This document shows, piece by piece, positions 48,812 to 58,406 of a stretch of DNA of 64,000 nt (within the stretch, counting starts at the first letter, position 1; each line of letters starts with the position of its first letter). Below the pieces are notes generated by a model that saw only the letters and a list, made by a program, of their open reading frames with translations, made no database searches and was not told the origin of the DNA. The position numbers were made by a program, and so were the translations under genes. The stretch is from Ferruginibacter sp. Its GTDB lineage: Bacteria; Bacteroidota; Bacteroidia; Chitinophagales; Chitinophagaceae. The DNA lies in NCBI GenBank assembly GCA_044342365.1, contig JBIIPY010000002.1:34711-98710 (forward strand). The letters run 5' to 3'.

Positions 48812-50638
48812 ATGTTCAGAACGCACACTTGCGGACAATTAAGGATTTCCGATATTAATAGCAATACCACACTAGCGGGTTGGGTACAAACAGTACGTAA
48901 ATTTGGCAGCATCACTTTTGTAGATCTAAGAGACCGTTACGGCATTACCCAACTGCTTTTTTCTGAATCGCTCAATGAACAATTGGAAGCCAATCCACTG
49001 GGCCGTGAGTTTGTTTTACAAGCCACGGGTACCGTAAACGAACGCAGCAACAAAAACGCCAACATCCCCACAGGTGATATAGAAATAGTGGTTACTTCTT
49101 TTAAGATCCTCAACAAATCTGCCGTACCGCCTTTTAAAATTGAAGACGATACAGATGGTGGTGATGACCTGAGAATGAAATACCGTTTCATGGATCTAAG
49201 AAGAAACGCAGTAAAAAAGAATTTAGAATTGCGCTACGCCGTTGGCCGCAGCACCAGAAATTATTTGCATGAGAACCAGTTCATGGATATTGAAACCCCC
49301 TTCCTCATCAAATCTACCCCGGAAGGTGCCAGAGATTTTGTAGTGCCCAGCCGCATGAACCCAGGCCAGTTTTACGCCTTGCCTCAAAGTCCGCAAACAT
49401 TTAAACAACTGCTGATGGTAAGCGGCTACGATCGTTACTATCAAATTGTAAAATGTTTCAGAGACGAAGATCTCCGTGCCGACAGGCAGCCAGAGTTTAC
49501 CCAGATAGATTGTGAAATGGCCTTTGTAGAACAAGAAGATATTCTACAGATGTTTGAAGGATTGGTAAAAAGAATTTTTAAAGATGTAAAAAACATCGAT
49601 TACACCGAACAAGTAGAACGCATGACATGGCAACAAGCCATGTGGACCTATGGCAACGACAAGCCAGACATTCGGTTTGAAATGAAGTTGACCAACCTGA
49701 AATTTCCTGCTCATACTTTTCCAGAACAGGCCGATATATCATCACTTATTACTGGTGTAGATTTTAAAGTATTTGACGAAGCAGAAACGATAATTGCCAT
49801 TGCAGCACCAGGTTGCAGCGAGTACAGTCGCAAACAAACCGACGAACTTACGGAATGGGTTAAACGCCCGCAAGTGGGTATGAAGGGATTGGTATTTGTA
49901 AAATGTAACGCTGATGGTACTTTTAAAAGCAGCGTAGACAAGTTTTACAATGAAGACAAATTAAATGCGATTACTGCGGCTACCAACGCTAAAGCGGGCG
50001 ACTTACTATTAATATTGGCAGGGCCTGAAGAAAGAACCCGCAAAGCTGCCAGCGACCTGCGCATGTACATGGGTACTACACTCGGATTGCGCAAGGCAGC
50101 TGAATTTAAATTGTTGTGGGTATTGGATTTCCCGCTGTTTGAGTATGCCGAAGACAACAACCGTTGGGTGGCTAGGCATCATCCGTTTACAAGCCCCAAA
50201 CCCTCCGACATTGATACGATGATCAACAACAATCCAGTGATAGAAAATGCTGCTGAATATTTAAAACATCCATATGCCAGCATCAAAGCCAATGCTTACG
50301 ATATGGTATTGAATGGCAACGAAATTGGTGGTGGTTCTATCCGGATCTTCCAAAGGGAGTTACAAGAAAAAATGTTTGCAGCTTTGGGCATGGATGCAGC
50401 AGAGCAACAACACAAGTTTGGATTCCTACTGGGCGCTTTCGAATACGGCGCACCCCCACACGGTGGTATAGCCTTTGGTTTCGACAGACTTTGTTCTATT
50501 CTGGGTGGAAGCGAAAGTATCCGAGACTTTATTGCCTTCCCAAAAAACAACAGTGGCAGAGATGTGATGATAGATGCTCCGAGTGAAATAGACCAACAAC
50601 AATTTGATGAGTTACAGATAAAACTGAACCTGAAATAA
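48812..50638 (+). CDS. aspS: Aspartate--tRNA ligase
   Basis: [60 protein letters not shown] and [14 protein letters not shown]. Confidence 0.99.
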   Translation: MFRTHTCGQLRISDINSNTTLAGWVQTVRKFGSITFVDLRDRYGITQLLFSESLNEQLEANPLGREFVLQATGTVNERSNKNANIPTGDIEIVVTSFKILNKSAVPPFKIEDDTDGGDDLRMKYRFMDLRRNAVKKNLELRYAVGRSTRNYLHENQFMDIETPFLIKSTPEGARDFVVPSRMNPGQFYALPQSPQTFKQLLMVSGYDRYYQIVKCFRDEDLRADRQPEFTQIDCEMAFVEQEDILQMFEGLVKRIFKDVKNIDYTEQVERMTWQQAMWTYGNDKPDIRFEMKLTNLKFPAHTFPEQADISSLITGVDFKVFDEAETIIAIAAPGCSEYSRKQTDELTEWVKRPQVGMKGLVFVKCNADGTFKSSVDKFYNEDKLNAITAATNAKAGDLLLILAGPEERTRKAASDLRMYMGTTLGLRKAAEFKLLWVLDFPLFEYAEDNNRWVARHHPFTSPKPSDIDTMINNNPVIENAAEYLKHPYASIKANAYDMVLNGNEIGGGSIRIFQRELQEKMFAALGMDAAEQQHKFGFLLGAFEYGAPPHGGIAFGFDRLCSILGGSESIRDFIAFPKNNSGRDVMIDAPSEIDQQQFDELQIKLNLK

Positions 50639-50714
50639 TTCATCATCATTACTTTTAAAAGAATGCTAGCAATAGTGGTCTTTTTTATACCCTTTACGAT
50701 CCCTTTAAATTGTT

Positions 50715-50856
50715 ATACCAATGTGATTTATATAATATGCCAATATTTTATAGATGTTATCCCGAATGCTTTCGGGAGTAAATGCCGATGGTATCAAACA
50801 AATAGTACAATGAGGCGATAGCCGATATTGGACTATATTGTTTGTTCAATCGGTAT
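50715..50856 (+). mobile_element. 142-bp MITE-like repeat, copy 2
   Basis: Inverted near-identical copy of 37556-37697; internal hairpin TCCCGAA-TGCT-TTCGGGA; palindromic 3' half. Confidence 0.7.
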
Positions 50857-50886
50857 TAAATTGAAGTTGATACCATAAACCCTTTT

Positions 50887-50894
50887 TATCTTTG
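50887..50894 (+). promoter_or_regulatory. -7 box immediately upstream of the 50903 gene
   Basis: TATCTTTG ends 8 nt before the ATG. Confidence 0.5.
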
Positions 50895-50902
50895 AAACAT
50901 AC

Positions 50903-52183
50903 ATGAAGCCATTATTAAAAACATTTTTTTTATTCATTACGGCCATTGGTTTTGCAATAGGCTGCGAGGCACAACTGTTTTTCAGGAATACGCTCAAAGC
51001 CAATCGGGATAAACTGTATCAAAACCTCACTAAAAACGCTATTCAAAAAAACTTATCGGTTTCTCTTACCGATTCAACCGAAGAAGATTGGCAAGGTGCT
51101 TTTTATGCAATGGAGCTTCTTCAATACAAAAGCCCATGGGTGAACAAAAGGATTGATAGTGCGGCTTTTTTAATGCACAGCTTGTCACCCGGTTTTCAAA
51201 GGGCTGCGCTGGAAATGCTGTATAGCAACTATCCAGAAAAATATTACCAGGAGGTAAAGCTTTTGTTGATGCAAACAACAGATGCAAAAATTTTTGCCAT
51301 GTGTGCTGCCTATATTTTAAACAGTAGCAAAGCCCAGGAAGACCTTTCTTTTTTGAAAGTAAAAACGCAGCAACAACTAGAGGGCCAGCCCAACCATCCC
51401 ATATTGGAACAATTACAGTACCAGTTACAAATGTTTGGTATAAAGTTAGATGTGCCCGATCTGAGTCCTTTGTTGTTACCAGATTATTTAAAAGGCCACA
51501 ATATTGTATTCAGTTTCCAAAGAAAAAACAGGGATTATCCCGGATTGGTATTGGTGCGAAAAGCAGATGGCAGCTTTGTTCGCGATAGCAGCAGTGGTTT
51601 TCCATTTGCAGTTCCACAACTGGCCAGAAGCATCAACAATTTACCCGGTTACATTACCAATGGCAACACACCAGAAGGCATTTTTAGAATGAAGGGATAC
51701 GATGTTTCTACCAATGGTTTTATTGGACCCACCGTAAACGTACAATTAACCATGCCTTTCGAGCGCAGTGCTGGCCATTTTACCGCCAATGAAAACAACC
51801 AAGATACGGTTTGGGATATCCGCTATTATCAACAATTATTGCCCAGCGCTCTACAACATTATTATCCCTTGCTACAAAGTTATTTTGCTGGTAAAACGGG
51901 GCGTACCGAGATCATCATACACGGTACCACCGTAAATCCTGAATACTATCGCCAACAACCTTATTATCCATTAACACCTACCATGGGTTGCCTCACCAGC
52001 AAAGAAATTTGGGATGAGGCCACTGGCAGAAGAGTAGAAAGTGATCAACAAAAAATAATTCAGGCGCTCATTGCTGCCGGAGGTGCAAATGGTTATACCA
52101 TTGTGGTAAACATTAATGAGGAACAAAGGCCTGTAATGCTGGCCGACATCCTCCCACTCCTCTACAAAGCCGGCCTTAAATAA
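50903..52183 (+). CDS. Exported hypothetical protein with L,D-transpeptidase (YkuD)-like catalytic motifs
   Basis: Signal peptide or lipobox (AIGC); GNTPEGIF, IIIHGT and PTMGCL. Confidence 0.7.
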   Translation: MKPLLKTFFLFITAIGFAIGCEAQLFFRNTLKANRDKLYQNLTKNAIQKNLSVSLTDSTEEDWQGAFYAMELLQYKSPWVNKRIDSAAFLMHSLSPGFQRAALEMLYSNYPEKYYQEVKLLLMQTTDAKIFAMCAAYILNSSKAQEDLSFLKVKTQQQLEGQPNHPILEQLQYQLQMFGIKLDVPDLSPLLLPDYLKGHNIVFSFQRKNRDYPGLVLVRKADGSFVRDSSSGFPFAVPQLARSINNLPGYITNGNTPEGIFRMKGYDVSTNGFIGPTVNVQLTMPFERSAGHFTANENNQDTVWDIRYYQQLLPSALQHYYPLLQSYFAGKTGRTEIIIHGTTVNPEYYRQQPYYPLTPTMGCLTSKEIWDEATGRRVESDQQKIIQALIAAGGANGYTIVVNINEEQRPVMLADILPLLYKAGLK

Positions 52184-52206
52184 AAGCGTATCAGTAACTT
52201 TACAGC

Positions 52207-53475
52207 ATGAACCTGGCACCGCTTGCAGAAAGAATGCGCCCCCAAACATTGGATGATCTGATTGGTCAGCAACAGCTCACCGGTAAGGGAAGCATTTTGC
52301 GCACTTCCATCGAAAATGGCAGTATCCCATCTATGATTTTATGGGGACCTCCCGGCGTAGGTAAAACCACCATCGCCAACATCATCGCACACAATTTGGG
52401 CAAACCTTATTTTCAACTCAGTGCCATTGCCGCGGGCGTAAAAGAAGTAAGAGAAATTATAGAACAAGCCAAACATTTAACAGGTGCCGTATTGTTTATT
52501 GATGAGATTCATCGCTTCAACAAAGGGCAACAAGATGCCTTATTGGGTGCGGTAGAAAAAGGTATCATCACTTTGATAGGCGCCACCACAGAAAATCCTT
52601 CATTTGAAGTAAACAGCGCCTTACTCAGCAGAAGCCAGGTTTACATTTTAAAAGCTTTGGAGAACACTGATTTGGTAGCATTGTTACAACAAGCCATTAG
52701 CAGAGATGAGGTATTGGTTTCAAAAAATATTAGTCTAAAAGAAACGGAAGCACTCATTAATATATCGGGTGGCGATGCCAGAAAATTATTGAACTTGCTG
52801 GAGTTGGTGGTTACCACTTTATTCAAAGAAGGCAAGCCTACCCTCATCACAGATGAAGCTGTGATGAATGTGGCGCAACAAAAAATTGCACTCTACGATA
52901 AAAAAGGAGAACAGCATTACGACATTATTTCAGCCTTTATTAAAAGCATGCGAGGAAGCGATCCCAATGCGGCTGTGTATTGGCTGGCCAGAATGATTGA
53001 AGCGGGAGAAGATGTAAAATTCATTGCCCGTCGGATGCTCATTTTTGCCAGTGAAGACGTTGGCAATGCCAACCCCAACGCACTCCTATTGGCCACCAAT
53101 TGTTTTAATGCAGTGAATATGATTGGCTATCCGGAAAGCAGGATCATTTTATCGCAGTGTGCAGTGTATCTAGCCACTTCTACTAAAAGTAATGCTTCTT
53201 ATGTTGCCATCAACGAGGCATTGGATGCTGTTAAAAAATACGGCGATTTACCTGTGCCGCTTCATTTGCGTAATGCCCCTACCAAACTAATGAAGGATTT
53301 AAACTATGGCAAGGATTACCAGTATGCACACCAGTTTGAAAACAATTTTGTGTTACAACAATTTTTGCCGGATAAATTAGACGGTCATCGTTTTTACAGT
53401 CCACAAAAAAATGCAAGAGAAGAGGAAATCAGGAAATTTTTAAAAGAGCGTTGGAAAGATAAATATGAATACTAA
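52207..53475 (+). CDS. rarA: Replication-associated recombination protein A
   Basis: PLAERMRP, WGPPGVGKTT, FIDEIHRFNKGQQD, HYDIISAFIKSMRGSDP and PVPLHLRNAPT. Confidence 0.97.
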   Translation: MNLAPLAERMRPQTLDDLIGQQQLTGKGSILRTSIENGSIPSMILWGPPGVGKTTIANIIAHNLGKPYFQLSAIAAGVKEVREIIEQAKHLTGAVLFIDEIHRFNKGQQDALLGAVEKGIITLIGATTENPSFEVNSALLSRSQVYILKALENTDLVALLQQAISRDEVLVSKNISLKETEALINISGGDARKLLNLLELVVTTLFKEGKPTLITDEAVMNVAQQKIALYDKKGEQHYDIISAFIKSMRGSDPNAAVYWLARMIEAGEDVKFIARRMLIFASEDVGNANPNALLLATNCFNAVNMIGYPESRIILSQCAVYLATSTKSNASYVAINEALDAVKKYGDLPVPLHLRNAPTKLMKDLNYGKDYQYAHQFENNFVLQQFLPDKLDGHRFYSPQKNAREEEIRKFLKERWKDKYEY

Positions 53476-53560
53476 TTTACCTAATAGGGAAGAGATCAAC
53501 AGCAGGGTAGCTATTTAAAAAAGAATAGCCGCTTTTTTATAAAAAGAATTCAACCTCAAT

Positions 53561-54019
53561 ATGAAGCAAGCAATCAAATGGCAATTGAAAACAATGGACC
53601 AACTTTCTGTTTCCGAGCTGTACAAAATATTACAGCTTCGAAGTGAGGTTTTTGTGGTAGAACAAAACTGCGTTTACATGGATGCAGACGGAAAAGATGA
53701 AAAAGGCCATCACCTATGTGGATGGATCGACGGGGAATTGGCGGCATATTGCAGACTACTCCCCGTTGCGGTTTCCTATCCTGATAAAGCCAGCATTGGC
53801 CGGGTACTTACCAATCCTCAACATAGAAATACAGGCGCAGGAAAACAATTAATGGAAAAAGCCATAGAAGCCACTTATGAATTATATAAGGTAGATTCCA
53901 TAAAAATTGGTGCGCAATTGTACTTGCTAAAATTTTATAGCGAATTGGGTTTCAAACAAATAGGCGATACCTATCTGGAAGATGGCATACCCCATATAGA
54001 GATGCTTCATAGCCAATAA
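53561..54019 (+). CDS. GNAT acetyltransferase, ElaA family
   Basis: LYKILQLRSEVFVVEQNCVY.D.DGKD, SIGRV, IGAQLYL..FY and YLEDGIPHIEM. Confidence 0.9.
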   Translation: MKQAIKWQLKTMDQLSVSELYKILQLRSEVFVVEQNCVYMDADGKDEKGHHLCGWIDGELAAYCRLLPVAVSYPDKASIGRVLTNPQHRNTGAGKQLMEKAIEATYELYKVDSIKIGAQLYLLKFYSELGFKQIGDTYLEDGIPHIEMLHSQ

Positions 54020-54338
54020 TAGGTTCATCTGTACAATAAGTAGTTTAAGTCTTCGTTATAGGTCTAAGCCGAACCACCTAGGGTTTTGCCTATATCCAAA
54101 TTATCTATTTAAAAACTTAAACTGAATCTTGGTGAAGCCATGTCTACCTGCAACTAATTGTCATAAGTTCCTACTACTCTATTGTAGTTTTTTTTTACAC
54201 ATCTCTTATTTTTCTACCGTAATAAAATTAGGTGTTGCAATGGGCGCAATATATGACAGTTGCGATCAAAAAAGAGCAGCTCGCCAAACCAGCTATCCAC
54301 ATTTTTATTGATTATTTTAATTTTCAAATACTTGTCTC

Positions 54339-54722
54339 ATGATAAAACAATTTACCAATCTCAAAATTATTGTCCGCTTATTATCCGTAATACTCTGCTT
54401 ATTGTTCTGGGTATTTTTTTCAAAAGCCATTGCGGGTAATGACAACCGCAGTAAAAAAGCGGATAAAACCGAAGTGCATTTTAGCAGACACCACTCTGGA
54501 AATGTACTGGTAGAAATAAAAGCGGTTGAGAACAAAAATACAGCAGTTTATATTTTTGATGCAGAAGGCGACCTCGTTCAAAAAATGGAGGCTGGAGCTA
54601 AAAAAATAGACAATGTTTTAGCATTGCCTAACGGACAATATTTTTACCAGTGTTTCAACAAAGATGCACAACTGAAAACAGGAAAGCTTTTTGTAAGCCA
54701 AAATAACATCAGTTATGATTGA
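54339..54722 (+). CDS. Small secreted protein resembling a stand-alone T9SS type A C-terminal domain
   Basis: Signal peptide (AIA|G); VYIFDAEGDLV...LPNGQYFY...KTGKLFV pattern. Confidence 0.6.
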   Translation: MIKQFTNLKIIVRLLSVILCLLFWVFFSKAIAGNDNRSKKADKTEVHFSRHHSGNVLVEIKAVENKNTAVYIFDAEGDLVQKMEAGAKKIDNVLALPNGQYFYQCFNKDAQLKTGKLFVSQNNISYD

Positions 54723-54870
54723 ATAAATAAGATGCAAGGTATACAACAGAAGTAACCCCGGAGAGCAATGTATAGTCATATACAATGATAACCCCTGAAA
54801 CCACAACTTTCGCTTCGTTACTATACTTTGCCTTATTTTTTTAATCTAATTATATCCGATCCTCTTAAAG

Positions 54871-54898
54871 AAAAACCATGGCGTTGAACCATGGTTTT
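54871..54898. terminator. Terminator hairpin downstream of uvrA (possibly bidirectional)
   Basis: AAAAACCATGG-CGTTGAA-CCATGGTTTT. Confidence 0.7.
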
Positions 54899-54938
54899 AT
54901 TATTTAAATTCATTTCGAATGCTATTCTCTCCATGGGT

Positions 54939-57812
54939 TTACGCAAACTCCGCTTTGAGATATGTAGCAGTAAAACTTTCTTTTACATTCAACATCCCTT
55001 TGGGCTCACCTTGGTACAATACAGTTCCTCCACCACTACCACCTTCAGGGCCAATATCTATGATATGATCTGCTACTTTAATCATGTCTATATTGTGCTC
55101 AATCACCAATACAGTGTTGCCTCTATCTACCAGTTTATTCAATACCTCGAGCAAATGCTGAATGTCTTGAAAATGCAATCCAGTGGTAGGTTCGTCTAAA
55201 ATGTAAAAGGTTTTTCCGGTATCTCTTTTTCCCAATTCGGTAGCCAGTTTCACCCGCTGCGCTTCGCCCCCACTAAGGGTTACCGCACTTTGACCAAGGG
55301 TGATGTAACCCAAACCAACTTCCTGCAACACCTTAATTTTACGATAGATAAAAGGTACGGCACTAAAAAATTCAACTGCATCATCAACGGTCATATCTAG
55401 CACATCGCTGATAGATTTTCCTTTGTATCTAATTTCCAATGTTTCTCTGTTGTACCTTTTGCCATTGCATTTTTCGCAGTGAACATACACATCGGGTAAA
55501 AAATTCATTTCAATTACCCGCATGCCTCCTCCTTCGCACACTTCACATCGGCCGCTTTTTACATTAAATGAAAAACGGCCTGCATTGTATCCCCTTATTT
55601 TTGCTTCTGGCACCGCAGAAAACAAGGTTCTGATGTCTGTAAAAAAACCACAATAAGTTGCAGGGTTGCTACGAGGTGTTCTACCGATCGGGCTCTGGTC
55701 AATCTCAATTACTTTATCTATATTTTCTAAACCCTTGATGCTTTCATAAGGTAGTGGCAGTTGTTTAGAATTGTAGCAAAAAGTGGCCAACAATGGATAC
55801 AGCGTATCATTTACCAGCGTTGATTTTCCACTGCCGCTTACGCCTGTTACCAAAATTAATTTACCCAACGGAAAACCAACATTGATGCTTTTGAGGTTGT
55901 GGCCACTCACTCCTTTCAGATCTATCGTCTTCCCATTTCCCTTCCTGATTTCTGCTGGAATCGCAATGCTTTTTTTGCCACTTAGGTAGAGTGCCGTTTC
56001 TGAGCCAGAGGCCAGTACTTCTGAAGGCGTACCTGCTGCCACCACCCTGCCACCGTGGGTGCCAGCACGTGGACCAATATCCACCAAATGATCAGCGGCC
56101 AGCATGATGTCTTTGTCGTGTTCTACCACCAAAACACTGTTGCCCAAGTCGCGTAGATTTTGCAAGGCCAAAATCAATCGTTGGTTATCGCGTTGGTGAA
56201 GCCCAATGCTGGGTTCATCTAAAATATAGGTGATGCCTTGTAGTTGAGATCCTATTTGCGTAGCCAATCGTATGCGCTGGTACTCTCCGCCACTTAAGCT
56301 TTTAGAAGGACGGTACAACGTGAGGTAAGTAAGCCCAACGTTGAGCAAAAAACCCAATCTTTCTCTGATCTCTTTTAAAATATCTTTGGCAATGGTATTT
56401 TGTTTTTTGTCGAGCCGTTTTTCTATTCCATCAAACCATCCCTGCAAATGATCGAGATCCATCTCACTTAATTGGGCAATGTTTTTTTCATCTACTTTAA
56501 ACCAAATACTTTCTTTGCGAAGCCTAGTTCCCTCACATACATTACAAGTTTTCAATTTCATAAACTTCTCTACCCAATCACGCATGTTCTCTGTACTCGT
56601 AGTAGAAGAAAACCAACGCTTCAGCATGTTGATAATGCCTTCGTATTCGGTGGCATAATAAATAGGCCCATCATTGGGTGCATCCATATCAATATCCACC
56701 TCTGCATCTTCTGTTGCTTCTTCTTTGCCATACAACAAAATGTTTAGCGCTTTTGGCGTCAAGTCTTTCAGTGGCTTATCGAGCGGAATCTTGTATTTTT
56801 TAGAAAGTTGTTGTACTTGCTTAAACACGTGCGCTTCCCGTTCTTCTCCTAAGGCTACTATGCCACCGTTGTTTACAGAAACATTCCAATCTGGAATAAC
56901 GGCATCCATGTTTATTTGATACACGGTACCGAGACCTTTGCAGGTAGGGCAGGCACCATAAGGAGAGTTAAATGAGAAAGCGTTGGGGCTTGGTTCTTCA
57001 TAACTGATACCTGTGTCAATACACATCAGTTGTTTGCTGTACTGCACTACTTTGTTGTCGTCGTTAATTAAAAGAAACAACAGATCTTTCCCCATGCCTA
57101 GTGTTTTTTGAACACTCTGGCTCAGCCTCACCCGCATATCTTCTGTTACGGGCATTCGATCTACCACCACTTCAATATCATGGATCTTGTATCTATCTAA
57201 TTGTAATCTAGGTGTAAGGTCAACGATCTCGCCATCAATCCTTGCTTTTAAAAATCCTTTTTTTCGAATGTCTTCAAACAGTTCACGGTAATGGCCTTTT
57301 CGTCCTCGAACCAGCGGTGCCAGTAAACTTATTTTCTTGTTTTTAAATTTATCGAAAATGGAAAATACGATTTCTTCCTCGCTAAATTTCACCATCTTCT
57401 TGCCCGTGTTGTAGCTGTAAGCCTCACCCACCCTCGCGTACAGCAGACGGAGAAAATCATATATCTCTGTGATGGTGCCAACGGTACTTCTTGGATTTTT
57501 GTTGGTGGTTTTTTGTTCGATTGAAATTACTGGCGACAATCCGGTGATCTTATCCACGTCGGGCCGTTCCATATCTCCTACAAACTGGCGTGCATACGCA
57601 CTGAAACTTTCCATGTAGCGACGTTGCCCTTCATTGTAAATGGTATCGAAGGCCAAGGAAGATTTACCACTTCCGCTTACCCCTGTAAATACCACCAGTT
57701 TATTTTTGGGAATAGAAATATCTATGTTCTTCAGATTGTGTTCACGAGCTCCCGTTACTTCTATAAATTCATCCGTTGCGATTGGTGCAACCACTGCTTT
57801 TTTTGTTGCCAT
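54939..57812 (-). CDS. uvrA: Excinuclease ABC subunit A
   Basis: GAREHNL, TGVSGSGKSSLAFDT, FSFNSPYGACPTC, two ABC modules, GRFSFNVKSGRCEVC and LSGGEAQRVKLA. Confidence 0.99.
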   Translation of the reverse strand: MATKKAVVAPIATDEFIEVTGAREHNLKNIDISIPKNKLVVFTGVSGSGKSSLAFDTIYNEGQRRYMESFSAYARQFVGDMERPDVDKITGLSPVISIEQKTTNKNPRSTVGTITEIYDFLRLLYARVGEAYSYNTGKKMVKFSEEEIVFSIFDKFKNKKISLLAPLVRGRKGHYRELFEDIRKKGFLKARIDGEIVDLTPRLQLDRYKIHDIEVVVDRMPVTEDMRVRLSQSVQKTLGMGKDLLFLLINDDNKVVQYSKQLMCIDTGISYEEPSPNAFSFNSPYGACPTCKGLGTVYQINMDAVIPDWNVSVNNGGIVALGEEREAHVFKQVQQLSKKYKIPLDKPLKDLTPKALNILLYGKEEATEDAEVDIDMDAPNDGPIYYATEYEGIINMLKRWFSSTTSTENMRDWVEKFMKLKTCNVCEGTRLRKESIWFKVDEKNIAQLSEMDLDHLQGWFDGIEKRLDKKQNTIAKDILKEIRERLGFLLNVGLTYLTLYRPSKSLSGGEYQRIRLATQIGSQLQGITYILDEPSIGLHQRDNQRLILALQNLRDLGNSVLVVEHDKDIMLAADHLVDIGPRAGTHGGRVVAAGTPSEVLASGSETALYLSGKKSIAIPAEIRKGNGKTIDLKGVSGHNLKSINVGFPLGKLILVTGVSGSGKSTLVNDTLYPLLATFCYNSKQLPLPYESIKGLENIDKVIEIDQSPIGRTPRSNPATYCGFFTDIRTLFSAVPEAKIRGYNAGRFSFNVKSGRCEVCEGGGMRVIEMNFLPDVYVHCEKCNGKRYNRETLEIRYKGKSISDVLDMTVDDAVEFFSAVPFIYRKIKVLQEVGLGYITLGQSAVTLSGGEAQRVKLATELGKRDTGKTFYILDEPTTGLHFQDIQHLLEVLNKLVDRGNTVLVIEHNIDMIKVADHIIDIGPEGGSGGGTVLYQGEPKGMLNVKESFTATYLKAEFA

Positions 57813-58026
57813 TGTTTAATTTCCTTGCGGTAAAGATACTAACAAACAAGGCGTGGTTTTGTTATTATTCAGCGTTGTGCCTATCAAAATAACACTGTTC
57901 CTCCATGTGTATTTTGGCACCAAACGAACTGCAGAAAGTGCTGTAAATACAGTATTCTACGGCAAAAAAAACGCCTTTTAACAAAGTGGAATAAAAAAAT
58001 ATTTGGAAGTTAAAAAAATACCCGCC

Positions 58027-58034
58027 TATCTTTG
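58027..58034 (+). promoter_or_regulatory. -7 box for the met operon
   Basis: TATCTTTG followed by C, ~35 nt upstream of the riboswitch. Confidence 0.75.
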
Positions 58035-58067
58035 CAACAGTTCTTTAAACCTCGGGGAACCGAGATC

Positions 58068-58181
58068 ACTTATCAAGAAAGGCAGAGGGTAATGGCCCTG
58101 TGAAGCCTTGACAACCTATCCCGACCATCGTTGGGAAAAGGTGCCAACTCCATCCTTGCAGCAATGCTTGGAAAGATAAGT
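58068..58181 (+). promoter_or_regulatory. SAM-I (S-box) riboswitch aptamer
   Basis: CTTATCAAGAAAGGCAGAGGG..TGGCCC.GTGAAGCC..GACAACC...AAGGTGCCAA.TCC...GAAAGATAAG. P1 pairs CTTATC/GATAAG. It lies upstream of Met biosynthesis genes. Confidence 0.93.
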
Positions 58182-58218
58182 CAGATAATCGCCACGATAT
58201 TTTTTACTCAAAATATTC

Positions 58219-58251
58219 AAAGCTCATCTGATGCATCGGATGAGCTTTTTT
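58219..58251 (+). terminator. Riboswitch expression-platform terminator
   Basis: AAAGCTCATC-TGATGCATCG-GATGAGCTTTTTT. Confidence 0.85.
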
Positions 58252-58406
58252 GTTGTGGGTACATTAACCGCACATGGTTGCAAACATGTAGGCTGCTCCA
58301 CATCAACAACGCTCTACCGATTTTTTTCTTAGGAACATCTTGTAAGTGCTTGCATTTTTATTTTTCATTTTCCGTGCATGAATTGCGCAGAAACAAAACA
58401 AAAATT

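Noticed and set aside
57941-57952. CTGTAAATACAG upstream of uvrA as an SOS (LexA) box
   Set aside because: The spacing is CTGT-N4-ACAG rather than the N8 of the proteobacterial box, and I found no GGA-N5-TCC-type motif upstream of uvrA.
58131-58406. N-terminal extension of the MetB/MetC-like ORF
   Set aside because: It runs through the SAM riboswitch and terminator; family homology starts at MSNAT (58407).
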